The translations under genes were made by a program, and so were the position numbers. Below are positions 10,078-19,377 of a stretch of DNA of 39,466 nt, piece after piece. Origin of the DNA: a phage; sequence record PZ445457.1, one strand, 5' to 3'. Numbering within the stretch: the first letter of the stretch is position 1; each line of letters begins with the position of its first letter. The notes below the pieces were generated by a model. It saw nothing but the letters and a program-made list of their open reading frames with translations. It was not told the DNA's origin and made no database searches.

Positions 10078-10518
10078 ATGCTCAAGAATTTAAAGAGCTA
10101 CGCCATCGCTGTGGCCTTTGCCTTGGGACTGACCCTTGCGTACAACCACGGCTATGACAAGGCTGACACTAAATGGAAACTGGAGGTGCACAATGAGTAC
10201 GTTAAGAAAGTTGAGGCGACTGCGGATAAACAGGCTGCTCTCAATGAAGTCTCACGACAATACCAAGAAGACCTTGCGGCGCTGGAAGGCAGCACTGATA
10301 GGGTCATTAATGATTTGCGTAACGATGGTAAGCGGCTGCGTGTCAAACTATCAGCCACCTCACGAGAACTCCAAGCTAACGGTGGATGCCTCGTTGATGG
10401 TCGAGCCGAACTTGACGAAGAGTTTAGTAAGCGTCTTATCGGAGTAACACAAAGAGGGGATGCGTGGATTAGAGCGCTCCAAGGTACAATAACTGAAATG
10501 CAACGTAAGGAGAAATAA
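10078..10518 (+). CDS. gene 18.5: i-spanin (Rz-like) gp18.5
   Basis: N-terminal TM segment, then KWKLEVHNEYVKKVEA...YQEDLAALEGSTDRVINDLRNDGKRLRV...GDAWIRALQ matching recalled T7 gp18.5. Start at second ATG (10078) after RBS ggggagg; 10063 is an alternative. Confidence 0.85.
   Translation: MLKNLKSYAIAVAFALGLTLAYNHGYDKADTKWKLEVHNEYVKKVEATADKQAALNEVSRQYQEDLAALEGSTDRVINDLRNDGKRLRVKLSATSRELQANGGCLVDGRAELDEEFSKRLIGVTQRGDAWIRALQGTITEMQRKEK
10193..10447 (+). CDS. gene 18.7: o-spanin (Rz1-like lipoprotein) gp18.7, embedded in gene 18.5 in +1 frame
   Basis: MSTLRKLRRLR...LIGSLMICVTMVSGCVS (lipobox-like SGC) ...LTVDASLMVEPNLT matches recalled T7 gp18.7; start is an internal ATG of the 10136..10447 track ORF. 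Confidence 0.75.
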   Translation: MSTLRKLRRLRINRLLSMKSHDNTKKTLRRWKAALIGSLMICVTMVSGCVSNYQPPHENSKLTVDASLMVEPNLTKSLVSVLSE

Positions 10519-10519
10519 T

Positions 10520-11077
10520 ATGTCTACTGTAAACTCAAGAACCCGTACAATCTGGACTATCAATGGTCGCTCACCGGACAGCCGCGATATGTACGACCGA
10601 AACAATGTTGGCCTTCGTGTTGGGCGTATCGACATCCCGGCTTCAGAAATGGTCAAGGTAGATGGATACGACAAGGTTGAGTATGTGGTCCAACTGAGTG
10701 ATGGTACAACCGAGCAACATGCTACCTTTGAGATCCTGATGTCCACTTGGGGTGGCTCCGTCGAGTCTAAACCGGGTAGTGGGTTCATGACGGTATTCCT
10801 GAATGAGCAAAGCGCTGAGCGGCTCGGTATGGTTCGAATCGACGTATACAAAGAGTGGACTGGTGCCGACCCTGAACCAGAAGGTGGTTCTGCTTCGTTA
10901 GTTAGTGCAGCGCTTTCTGCGTCTGATAGTGCATTTGGTACACAGTTCGTGGATAGCGAAGGAAAGAGCGCTTCCGTTATGTTCCAACCTAGTAACATCG
11001 ACGGGGCTGTATCTAAGACCGACACTATCAAGGCTCTTGAGAAGCGAATCGCTGCTTTAGAGAAACCTACCGAGTAA
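10520..11077 (+). CDS. Hypothetical protein (185 aa), lineage-specific insertion between 18.5 and terminase large subunit; no recognisable motifs
   Basis: Strong RBS taaggag 7 nt upstream, natural-looking composition, no Cys/His motifs, C-terminal amphipathic helix KTDTIKALEKRIAALEK. No T7 counterpart at this position that I recall. Confidence 0.7.
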   Translation: MSTVNSRTRTIWTINGRSPDSRDMYDRNNVGLRVGRIDIPASEMVKVDGYDKVEYVVQLSDGTTEQHATFEILMSTWGGSVESKPGSGFMTVFLNEQSAERLGMVRIDVYKEWTGADPEPEGGSASLVSAALSASDSAFGTQFVDSEGKSASVMFQPSNIDGAVSKTDTIKALEKRIAALEKPTE

Positions 11078-11092
11078 CAATAGGAGGCCACA

Positions 11093-12853
11093 ATGTCGCA
11101 ATCCCAAGAAGCTAAGAATGCGCTCATCATTGCGCAACTTAAGGGTGACTTCGTGGCCTTCCTGTTCGTCTTATGGAAGGCTCTGAACTTACCTAAACCA
11201 ACCAAGTGTCAGATTGATATGGCACGTACACTCGCTAATGGCGACCACAAGAAGTTTATCCTACAGGCGTTCCGTGGTATCGGGAAGTCCTTTATCACCT
11301 GTGCGTTCGTCGTGTGGGTGCTATGGCGTGACCCTCAATTGAAGATACTCATCGTGTCTGCCTCCAAGGAACGTGCTGATGCTAACTCCATCTTCATCAA
11401 GAACATTATCGACCTCCTTCCGTTCCTCTCTGAGTTGAAACCTCGACCGGGACAGCGAGACTCCGTGATTAGCTTCGATGTGGGATTGGCTAAACCAGAC
11501 CACTCTCCCTCTGTGAAGTCTGTAGGTATCACTGGTCAGTTGACTGGTAGCCGTGCTGACATCATTATCGCAGATGACGTTGAGGTTCCCGGTAATAGCT
11601 CTACGAGTTCTGCCCGTGAGAAGCTCTGGACGTTGGTAACTGAGTTTGCTGCATTACTTAAGCCGCTGCCTACCTCTCGTGTTATCTACCTTGGCACACC
11701 TCAAACTGAGATGACGCTCTACAAGGAACTTGAGGATAACAAAGGGTACAGCACAGTAATCTGGCCGGCACAGTATCCTCGTAACAATGCTGAGGCTCTC
11801 TACTATGGGGACCGCTTGGCTCCGATGCTTAAGGCTGAATACGATGAAGGCTATGAGTTACTTCGTGGTCAACCTACTGACCCTGTTCGATTCGACATGG
11901 ATGACCTCCGTGAGCGTGAACTCGAATATGGTAAAGCTGGCTACACTCTTCAGTTCATGCTTAACCCGAACCTTAGTGATGCCGAGAAGTACCCGCTACG
12001 ACTCCGTGACGCTATCGTGTGCGCTGTGGACCCTGAACGTGCCCCATTGTCTTACCAGTGGTTGCCGAACCGTCAGAACCGCAATGAGGAACTCCCTAAC
12101 GTTGGTCTGAAGGGTGATGACATCCATGCGTTCCATACGTGCTCTTCTCGTACCGCTGAGTATCAGTCTAAGATTCTGGTCATTGACCCAAGTGGTCGTG
12201 GTAAGGATGAGACCGGGTATGCAGTCCTCTACTCACTGAACGGTTACATCTACCTGATGGAAGTCGGAGGGTTCCGTGGTGGCTACGATGATGCTACCCT
12301 AGAGAAGCTCGCTAAGAAGGCCAAGCAGTGGAAGGTACAGACAGTCGTCCACGAGTCCAACTTCGGTGACGGTATGTTCGGTAAGATTTTCTCTCCGATT
12401 CTCCTGAAGCACCATAAGTGTGCCTTAGAGGAAATCCGTGCTAAGGGCATGAAGGAGATGCGAATCTGCGATACTATCGAGCCGTTGATGGGTGCACACA
12501 AGCTGGTCATTCGTGATGAGGTTATCCGTGAGGACTACCAGACTGCTCGTGACCTTGATGGGAAACATGATGTCCGCTACAGTGCGTTCTATCAGATGAC
12601 CCGTATGACCCGTGAGCGAGGCGCTGTGGCACACGATGACCGCATTGATGCTATCGCATTGGGTATCGAGTTCCTTCGTGAAGGGATGCTTGTGGACAGC
12701 CGTGTAGGTGAAGAAGAGATGACCCTTGAGTTCCTTGAACACCACATGGAGAGACAGACCATTGGTGGTGATGCTATCCATAGCTACGAGGCTGGTGGCG
12801 TAGACATCTACTACGAGGACGATGGAGACTCTAGCTGCTTCATTGAGTGGTAA
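11093..12853 (+). CDS. gene 19: Terminase large subunit gp19 (586 aa)
   Basis: [34 protein letters not shown]... essentially collinear with recalled T7 gp19; ATPase and nuclease regions conserved. Confidence 0.97.
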   Translation: MSQSQEAKNALIIAQLKGDFVAFLFVLWKALNLPKPTKCQIDMARTLANGDHKKFILQAFRGIGKSFITCAFVVWVLWRDPQLKILIVSASKERADANSIFIKNIIDLLPFLSELKPRPGQRDSVISFDVGLAKPDHSPSVKSVGITGQLTGSRADIIIADDVEVPGNSSTSSAREKLWTLVTEFAALLKPLPTSRVIYLGTPQTEMTLYKELEDNKGYSTVIWPAQYPRNNAEALYYGDRLAPMLKAEYDEGYELLRGQPTDPVRFDMDDLRERELEYGKAGYTLQFMLNPNLSDAEKYPLRLRDAIVCAVDPERAPLSYQWLPNRQNRNEELPNVGLKGDDIHAFHTCSSRTAEYQSKILVIDPSGRGKDETGYAVLYSLNGYIYLMEVGGFRGGYDDATLEKLAKKAKQWKVQTVVHESNFGDGMFGKIFSPILLKHHKCALEEIRAKGMKEMRICDTIEPLMGAHKLVIRDEVIREDYQTARDLDGKHDVRYSAFYQMTRMTRERGAVAHDDRIDAIALGIEFLREGMLVDSRVGEEEMTLEFLEHHMERQTIGGDAIHSYEAGGVDIYYEDDGDSSCFIEW

Positions 12854-12940
12854 TAGATAAGTATGCGGGAAAGGTGCATAGGTAAGCACTTAGTACCGCT
12901 ACGTTACCGTTAAGTAACTTACTGATATACATGAAGAAAT

Positions 12941-12963
12941 TAATACGACTCACTATTGGGAAG
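12941..12963 (+). promoter_or_regulatory. Phage RNAP promoter (phiOR-like), upstream of gene 19.5
   Basis: taatacgactcactattgggaag. Confidence 0.8.
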
Positions 12964-13120
12964 GGCACCCTAAGACAACTTAAAGACACTTAAAGACTGC
13001 ATATGCAAAGTGCATACTTAATGACTAACTCTTAGAGACCCTTACAGTGAGGGATGATGGTAATAGTAATTACATCCCTACTATCAGTGTAACCATCAAG
13101 TATAACAAGGAGGACGCTCT

Positions 13121-13276
13121 ATGCGCTTACTATCCGTACTCAAGACACTGGCAACGCATCGAGTGACTTACAAATTTCTCGTTGTACTTGCTGCTTCCAC
13201 TGGTCTCGCATCTAGTGCTGAACACATCGGTGAACTGGAGACTCTGCTTTGTTCTCTACTCACTTGTGTTCCTTAG
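13121..13276 (+). CDS. gene 19.5: gp19.5-like small membrane protein (51 aa)
   Basis: MRLLSVLKTLATHRVTYKFLVVLAASTGLASS...LLCSLLTCVP resembles recalled T7 gp19.5; RBS aaggagg upstream; below the track 60-aa cutoff. Confidence 0.65.
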   Translation: MRLLSVLKTLATHRVTYKFLVVLAASTGLASSAEHIGELETLLCSLLTCVP

Positions 13277-13738
13277 ACTGCTCATCGGCGCTTAGTGCGC
13301 TCTTAGTGATTATGGTCGATATATACATCTTCCCTATAATCACTGTAAGAAGTCAACTCTAAGAGTAACCCTTATGTACCACTCTCTATGGTCTACAGGG
13401 TCTCTTAGGGTCTCTCACGTAGTCTCACCGCTATGCTCCTGCGTAGCACCTTATGATAGAGCCTCTGTGGTTAACCTTATGAGCCTTGATGTACCCCCCT
13501 TTAAGAATCCTACAGAAAAATCTGAGAGGGTATCTCATAGTTCATACAAAGTGTTTCCCCCCTATGGCCTCCTTCAGTCCACTCAAAGAGTGCCACCCCT
13601 ATGGTAACTTTATGTTTACTTAATGTCAATCCTTATGTGAGACATTGGGATGACTTATGGTTCACCACTAGATGTGGTGCTTAGGGTGACTTAGTGATAC
13701 TATATGTAGTCCTCTATGTGTCCCTATCTGTAAGTGAC

Positions 13739-13868
13739 CTTTGAGTCATCACCTTATGTTTCCTCTTTGAGTCATCACCTTATGTTTCCTCTTTGAGTCA
13801 TCACCTTATGTTTCCTCTTTGAGTCATCACCTTATGTTTCCTCTTTGAGTTAACACCTTATGACCTCC
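13739..13868 (+). repeat. Tandem direct repeat, 26-bp unit ctttgagtcatcaccttatgtttcct, 4 exact copies plus 1 degenerate
   Basis: Directly visible at 13739-13842 with a diverged fifth copy to 13868; positionally analogous to the T7 left-end repeat array just inside the terminal repeat. Confidence 0.9.
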
Positions 13869-13982
13869 TTATGGCTGGCTATCCTTATGTTAACCTTCAG
13901 TCGGTGCCTTATGTTTATCAGTGACCAGTAGGCTACGTCACTAAGAGAGAATCACTATCTTACTCTGTTTAGCAGTCTCTGA

Positions 13983-14021
<39 letters not shown>

Positions 14022-14077
14022 AGTAGAATTGACTGAGTGCTTATAGTGCCTTAAAGCTGGTTTATAGTCAATAGCCT

Positions 14078-14100
14078 TTATACGACTCACTAATGGGATA
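14078..14100 (+). promoter_or_regulatory. Phage RNAP promoter (phiOL-like)
   Basis: ttatacgactcactaatgggata, first phage promoter after the genome-end region. Confidence 0.65.
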
Positions 14101-14184
14101 GGTTGATTATGGTCTAATTATAATCCCTCCTTATAGTGCTAACTTAAAGACCACTTAAAAGATAACTTAAAGTCTAACTAAGGG

Positions 14185-14213
14185 TTGACTCTAAGAAACA
14201 ACTATGTTCTAAT
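14185..14213 (+). promoter_or_regulatory. Host sigma70-type early promoter (A1-like)
   Basis: TTGACT, 17-nt spacer, TCTAAT. Confidence 0.6.
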
Positions 14214-14322
14214 GGCTACCAGTTGAGAGAGACACAACGCTACCAACTACCAGACAAGACCTAGAGTTATCTGGTAAGGCTGAAGGGTCTCAAGTAGTCA
14301 TCAACCAGACATACGAAAGTGG

Positions 14323-14351
14323 TTGACTCAACGAAAGCAATAACGTAGTAT
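14323..14351 (+). promoter_or_regulatory. Host sigma70-type early promoter (A2-like)
   Basis: TTGACT, 17-nt spacer, TAGTAT. Confidence 0.6.
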
Positions 14352-14416
14352 AGCAGTCGTCAACAACTGATCGCCCTCTGAAACAACATGAGGTGTCATG
14401 GTGAGAAACAAAGTAG

Positions 14417-14446
14417 TTGACAAGTAGTGACGATAAGATGTAAGAT
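14417..14446 (+). promoter_or_regulatory. Host sigma70-type early promoter (A3-like)
   Basis: TTGACA, 18-nt spacer, TAAGAT followed by GTACCAC as in recalled T7 A3. Confidence 0.6.
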
Positions 14447-14637
14447 GTACCACGACATAACGTTCTTGTGATGTCCCACACTGAAAGGGACTCGGTGCTA
14501 ACGAAGCCTGCACTTAAAGCTCTTTAACAATTTGGATGAATAGCACTCTTGAGATGACGACAACAGCGATTAACTCAAGGTGACTCGAAAGAGAGAAGCC
14601 TTTATGATAATCACTGCAACCACATAAGGTAATCATC

Positions 14638-15096
14638 ATGATTCACACTAAAGAGCAAGCTAACGTTTTCTATGTACTGGTAAGCGCATTCCGTTCTAAC
14701 CTCGACGATGAGGTCAACATGAGTCGCCACCGCCACATGGTTAATAATCTGCGCAACGCACCGGGTCTTTATGGTATCGTTGAGTCTACCGATTTAACTG
14801 GCTGTTACCGCGAAGCCATCTCAAGTGCACCGACTGAAGAGAAAACAATCCGTGTACGTTGTAAAGACAAGGCACAGGTTCTTAATGTCGCACGACTGGC
14901 CTGTAATGAGTGGGAACAAGATTGCGTACTGGTCTATAAGTCACAGACTCACACGGCTGGCTTAGTGTACGCTAAAGGCATTGACGGCTATAAGGCTGAA
15001 CGTCTGCAAGGTAGCTTCCAGCGCATCCCTAAAGGTGCACCAATCCAAGGCTGCTTCACGGTTGACGAGTTCGGCAAATACTGGCAGGTAGCATAA
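14638..15096 (+). CDS. gene 0.3: S-adenosyl-L-methionine hydrolase (SAMase), T3-type gene 0.3 anti-restriction protein (152 aa)
   Basis: ...VFYVLVSAFRSNL.DEVNMSRHRHMV...STDLTGCYREAISSAPTEEKT.RVRCKDKAQ.LNVARLACNEWEQDCVLVYKSQTHTAGLVYAKGIDGYKAERL matches recalled T3 SAMase, not T7 Ocr. Confidence 0.85.
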   Translation: MIHTKEQANVFYVLVSAFRSNLDDEVNMSRHRHMVNNLRNAPGLYGIVESTDLTGCYREAISSAPTEEKTIRVRCKDKAQVLNVARLACNEWEQDCVLVYKSQTHTAGLVYAKGIDGYKAERLQGSFQRIPKGAPIQGCFTVDEFGKYWQVA

Positions 15097-15097
15097 C

Positions 15098-15295
15098 ATG
15101 GTCGCACTCTTCGTAATCACGATGTACGCTCTGATTGGGGCGTACTTCCTTCGAGACTTCACAACGGGTCTCAAGGTACACAAGGCTAACTTCTCGCACC
15201 TGAAGTATGGCTTTCTACCACGATTCACAGTCCGTGAACGTAACGGGCGCTTTAAGGCTAACAAGGTTGGTATCTTCTATGTTGCAACACACTGA
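15098..15295 (+). CDS. Hypothetical small early protein with hydrophobic N-terminus (65 aa)
   Basis: ATG overlaps gene 0.3 stop (taacatg); N-terminal MVALFVITMYALIGAYFL is TM-like; in the T7 gene 0.4-0.6 region; weak RBS. Confidence 0.45.
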   Translation: MVALFVITMYALIGAYFLRDFTTGLKVHKANFSHLKYGFLPRFTVRERNGRFKANKVGIFYVATH

Positions 15296-15443
15296 TAGTT
15301 TAACTAAGAAAGTCCTGTACGCACTGGCATATGGTGCCACCAACAAGACGCTAATGAAGGTACTGAACACAGAGCGTCTACCTGCCAGAAAGGTAGCAAA
15401 GGCACGTAAAGAAGCACGTTTAATTCTTAATTCTCTCTCTTAA
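15279..15443 (+). CDS. Hypothetical small basic early protein (start uncertain; 15207 or 15356 possible)
   Basis: ORF in a different frame overlapping the previous one; basic C-terminus ARKVAKARKEARL; start codon ambiguous. Confidence 0.3.
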   Translation: MLQHTDSLTKKVLYALAYGATNKTLMKVLNTERLPARKVAKARKEARLILNSLS

Positions 15444-15463
15444 ACTCAATAGGACACAATCTA

Positions 15464-16567
15464 ATGAACTACACCGACATTCAGGCACGTCTGGCAATCA
15501 TCAAGTCACTCCCGATTAGCGAACTGGACAAGCGCCAGCCTCTTCTGGTTGCACTGGCTGCTGACATCGTGAACGGTGAGACAAGCGATGGCAACGACAC
15601 AGATGGGTCGCAGGGTCTTGAGTATCAGGACTATTGGCACACCTTGGGTGCACTGATGCGTGATGCAGGTTTCCGCATGTTAGGCAATGGTCACTTTAGC
15701 GCGGCTTACTCGCACGAAATGTTACCGGGTCGAGTCATCAAGGTTGGCTTTAAGAAAGAGGATTCAGGCGCTGCATACACTGCATTCTGTAGGATGCACC
15801 AAGGCCGAGCGGGTATCCCTAACGTCTATCACGTAGCACGTCATGCGGGTTGCTATACGGTCGTACTGGACCGCTTAAAAAGCTGTGACCGCTACGCTAA
15901 CGATGTTCACGCAAAGTATGCAAGTGCTGCGCAGGAGTTCATTGAGTGCTCTGGAGGTGATGCCGATTGGTACGCACAATATGTTAGCAAGGAGTTCATT
16001 GAGACATGCAAGATGATTCGTGAGTTCTTCCACGGTATTGCATCTTTCGACATGCACAGTGGGAACATTATGTTCGACGAGAACGATGTAGCTTACATCA
16101 CTGACCCTGTTAGTTTCTCTCATGACCGTGAACGTGAGGACGGTTTCCCTTTAGACCCTGATGCACTGATTGCCGAGGTCGAGGCGATAGCTAACGAGCG
16201 CATCATTGAACGGTGCCGGAACCGCAAGGCCAAATGTGACCCTAACGGAACCTTTCAGGTTAACCGCAAGGCCGCAATGAAACGCCGTAAGCGCAACCGC
16301 AAGTTACGTGCTAAACATGCAGCGGAAGGAATGCAACAGTTTGTCAAAGGGCGTCTTGAGCGTAGAGCTATTGACCGAAATGAACGCCGTGCTGAGATGT
16401 TCATGGGGTCTGGCTGGCATGACTTCTGGTTACGCAACGGTAACACACTGGTACGCAAGGTTGACCAAGTGAACGGCCTTAAGTGGCAACTAGGGGACCG
16501 ATTGGCAATACAGGCTGGTCGCCCTTTGAACATCGACAAGGTACTTGACGCTAAACTTATGGGCTGA
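15464..16567 (+). CDS. gene 0.7: Serine/threonine protein kinase and host transcription shutoff protein gp0.7 (367 aa)
   Basis: LGNGHFSAAYSH...RVIKVGFKKEDSGAAYTAFCRM.QGR.GIPNVY.V.RHAGCYTVVLD...IASFDMHSGNIMF...YITDPVSFS matches recalled T7 gp0.7. Confidence 0.95.
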   Translation: MNYTDIQARLAIIKSLPISELDKRQPLLVALAADIVNGETSDGNDTDGSQGLEYQDYWHTLGALMRDAGFRMLGNGHFSAAYSHEMLPGRVIKVGFKKEDSGAAYTAFCRMHQGRAGIPNVYHVARHAGCYTVVLDRLKSCDRYANDVHAKYASAAQEFIECSGGDADWYAQYVSKEFIETCKMIREFFHGIASFDMHSGNIMFDENDVAYITDPVSFSHDREREDGFPLDPDALIAEVEAIANERIIERCRNRKAKCDPNGTFQVNRKAAMKRRKRNRKLRAKHAAEGMQQFVKGRLERRAIDRNERRAEMFMGSGWHDFWLRNGNTLVRKVDQVNGLKWQLGDRLAIQAGRPLNIDKVLDAKLMG

Positions 16568-16581
16568 TAAGGTGTATCTTC

Positions 16582-16606
16582 AAGGTCGGCACTCACTGCT
16601 GGCCTT
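16582..16606 (+). promoter_or_regulatory. RNA hairpin, candidate RNase III site (R1-like), between 0.7 and gene 1
   Basis: aaggtcggc-actcact-gctggcctt; stem with G-U pairs. Confidence 0.45.
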
Positions 16607-16639
16607 CATAGATAAACTTTCTTAACAACGAGGCACACA

Positions 16640-19288
16640 ATGAACGTAATCAACGCACCAAAGAATGACTTCTCTGACATCGCTAACGCAATCCAGCCGT
16701 ACAACATTCTGGCTGACCATTACGGCGCACAGCTTGCAGCTACACAGCTTGAATTGGAACATGAAGCACACACTGAGGGCGAGAAGCGTTTTCTTAAGGC
16801 GATGGAACGTCAAATCAAAGCTGGTGAGTTCGGTGATAACGCAGTGGCTAAACCGCTCCTGTCATCCCTCGCACCGAAGTTCATCGAAGCGTGGAACACT
16901 TGGTTCACTGAGGTGGAAGCGAAGCGTGGTAAGCGTCCAGTAGCCTACAATCTGGTACAGAAGGTTGCACCCGAAGCTGCTGCTTTCATCACACTGAAGG
17001 TCACACTGGCTTGCTTGACGAAAGAAGAGTTTACCAACCTGCAATCGGTCGCAACTAAGATTGGTCGCAGTATTGAGGATGAACTGCGTTTTGGTCGCAT
17101 CCGTGACGAAGAAGCGAAGCACTTTAAGAACCACGTACAGGAGGCACTGAACAAGCGCGTTGGTATCGTTTACAAGAAAGCATTCATGCAAGCCGTAGAA
17201 GGCAAGATGTTAGACGCTGGTCAACTGCAAACCAAGTGGACTACATGGACACCTGAAGAATCAATTCACGTTGGTGTGCGCATGTTGGAACTGCTCATTG
17301 GCTCTACTGGTCTCGTTGAGTTACACCGACCGTTTGCTGGTAACGTTGAGAAGGATGGCGAGTACATCCAACTGACCGAACAATACGTTGACCTGTTATC
17401 TAAGCGTGCTGGTGCACTGGCTGCAATTGCTCCGATGTACCAACCATGTGTAGTTCCTCCGAAGCCTTGGACTTCTCCGGTCGGTGGTGGCTATTGGGCT
17501 GCTGGTCGCAAGCCTCTCTCTCTGGTTCGTACTGGTTCCAAGAAGGGACTTGAGCGTTACAACGATGTGTATATGCCTGAAGTCTACAAGGCGGTGAACA
17601 TCGCACAGAATACTCCTTGGAAGATTAACAAGAAGGTTCTGGCAGTGGTCAACGAGATTGTGAACTGGAAGCATTGCCCGGTTGAAGATGTACCTGCTCT
17701 GGAACGTGGTGAACTGCCTGTCAAACCTGATGACATCGACACCAACGAGGCATCACTCAAAGCGTGGAAGAAAGCGGCCTCCGCAATCTACCGCAAAGAG
17801 AAGGCACGAGTGTCACGCCGCATGAGCATGGAGTTCATGTTAGGTCAGGCCAATAAGTTCGCACAGTTTAAAGCTATCTGGTTCCCGATGAACATGGACT
17901 GGCGCGGTCGAGTGTATGCGGTCCCAATGTTTAACCCGCAAGGCAACGACATGACCAAAGGCTTGCTGACGCTCGCTAAAGGTAAACCAATCGGTGTCGA
18001 TGGGTACTACTGGCTGAAGATTCACGGTGCGAACACTGCTGGTGTGGACAAGGTGGACTTTGCTGAGCGCATCAAGTTCATTGATGACAACCACGAGAAC
18101 ATCATGAGCGTAGCGGCTGACCCGATTGCTAACACTTGGTGGGCTGAACAAGACTCTCCGTTCTGCTTCCTCGCGTTCTGCTTTGAGTATGCGGGAGTCC
18201 AGCACCACGGGATGAACTACAACTGCTCTCTACCTCTGGCGTTCGATGGCTCTTGCTCCGGTATTCAGCACTTCTCCGCGATGCTCCGTGATGAGGTTGG
18301 TGGTCGTGCGGTTAACCTGCTGCCGAGCAAGGAAGTACAGGACATCTACCGCATCGTTGCTGAACGTGTGAACGAGATGCTCCGCGAAGCGGTAGTCAAC
18401 GGCACTGATAACGAAGTGGAAACCGTGACAAACAAGGACACCGGAGAAATCACTGAGAAGCTCAAGCTGGGAACGAAAGAGTTAGCTGGTCAGTGGCTGG
18501 CCTACGGTGTGACTCGCAAGGTCACTAAGCGTTCGGTCATGACGTTGGCTTACGGCTCCAAAGAGTATGGCTTCCGCGACCAAGTTCTTGAGGACACCAT
18601 TCAGCCAGCTATCGACGATGGCAAGGGATTGATGTTCACTCAACCGAACCAAGCGGCTGGCTACATGGCTAAACTGATTTGGGAATCGGTAACGGTCACA
18701 GTTGTCGCAGCGGTTGAAGCGATGAACTGGTTGAAGTCTGCTGCTAAACTTCTGGCTGCTGAAGTCAAGGACAAAAAGACTAAAGAAGTCCTCCGCAAGC
18801 GTTGCGCAGTACATTGGGTTACTCCTGATGGCTTCCCGGTATGGCAGGAATACAAGAAGCCAGTACAGACCCGCTTGAATCTGATGTTCTTAGGCCAGAT
18901 TCGTCTACAGCCTACCGTGAACACCAACAAGGATAGCGGGATTGATGCTCGTAAACAGGAGTCAGGCATCGCACCTAACTTTGTCCACTCAATGGATGGA
19001 AGCCACCTGAGAATGACTGTAGTGCGCTCCAATGAGGTCTACGGTGTGGAATCCTTCGCACTGATTCATGACTCCTTTGGCACTATCCCGGCTGATGCTG
19101 GCAACCTGTTTAAAGCAGTGCGTGAAACGATGGTCAACACTTACGAAGAGAACGATGTACTTGCAGACTTCTATGAGCAATTTGCTGACCAGTTGCACGA
19201 GACACAGCTTGATAAGATGCCTGAGATGCCAGCTAAAGGCTCTCTGGACCTGCAAGAAATCCTTAAGTCAGACTTTGCGTTTGCCTAA
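16640..19288 (+). CDS. gene 1: DNA-directed RNA polymerase, single-subunit T7-type (882 aa)
   Basis: Collinear with recalled T7 RNAP: motif A PLAFDGSCSGIQHF, motif C ALIHDSFGT, specificity-loop region QPTVNTNKDSGIDARKQESGIAPNFVHS, C-terminus SDFAFA. Confidence 0.98.
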   Translation: MNVINAPKNDFSDIANAIQPYNILADHYGAQLAATQLELEHEAHTEGEKRFLKAMERQIKAGEFGDNAVAKPLLSSLAPKFIEAWNTWFTEVEAKRGKRPVAYNLVQKVAPEAAAFITLKVTLACLTKEEFTNLQSVATKIGRSIEDELRFGRIRDEEAKHFKNHVQEALNKRVGIVYKKAFMQAVEGKMLDAGQLQTKWTTWTPEESIHVGVRMLELLIGSTGLVELHRPFAGNVEKDGEYIQLTEQYVDLLSKRAGALAAIAPMYQPCVVPPKPWTSPVGGGYWAAGRKPLSLVRTGSKKGLERYNDVYMPEVYKAVNIAQNTPWKINKKVLAVVNEIVNWKHCPVEDVPALERGELPVKPDDIDTNEASLKAWKKAASAIYRKEKARVSRRMSMEFMLGQANKFAQFKAIWFPMNMDWRGRVYAVPMFNPQGNDMTKGLLTLAKGKPIGVDGYYWLKIHGANTAGVDKVDFAERIKFIDDNHENIMSVAADPIANTWWAEQDSPFCFLAFCFEYAGVQHHGMNYNCSLPLAFDGSCSGIQHFSAMLRDEVGGRAVNLLPSKEVQDIYRIVAERVNEMLREAVVNGTDNEVETVTNKDTGEITEKLKLGTKELAGQWLAYGVTRKVTKRSVMTLAYGSKEYGFRDQVLEDTIQPAIDDGKGLMFTQPNQAAGYMAKLIWESVTVTVVAAVEAMNWLKSAAKLLAAEVKDKKTKEVLRKRCAVHWVTPDGFPVWQEYKKPVQTRLNLMFLGQIRLQPTVNTNKDSGIDARKQESGIAPNFVHSMDGSHLRMTVVRSNEVYGVESFALIHDSFGTIPADAGNLFKAVRETMVNTYEENDVLADFYEQFADQLHETQLDKMPEMPAKGSLDLQEILKSDFAFA

Positions 19289-19295
19289 CGGAATC

Positions 19296-19318
19296 TAATA
19301 CGACTCACTATTGGGAGC
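19296..19318 (+). promoter_or_regulatory. Phage RNAP promoter (phi1.1A-like)
   Basis: taatacgactcactattgggagc, followed by gggagccttcgggcttcc stem-loop. Confidence 0.8.
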
Positions 19319-19377
19319 CTTCGGGCTTCCTAAACTTTAAGATACTTTAAGTTCTAACTTTAAGAGGAAACACAATC

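Noticed and set aside
10360-11205. 281-aa ORF on the minus strand spanning the end of 18.5, the 185-aa gene and the start of gene 19
   Set aside because: Antisense to well-supported + strand genes; S/T/P/L-rich low-complexity translation typical of antisense frames; T7-family genomes are transcribed from one strand only. Probably a chance open frame.
13739-13868. Possible CRISPR array suggested by regularly spaced 26-bp repeats
   Set aside because: Repeats are directly tandem with no intervening unique spacers and lie in the phage terminal region; this is a tandem repeat, not a CRISPR array.
14470-14637. Possible R0.3 RNase III site upstream of gene 0.3
   Set aside because: The region resembles the recalled T7 sequence upstream of gene 0.3, but I could not define a convincing hairpin by eye, so it is not reported as a feature.
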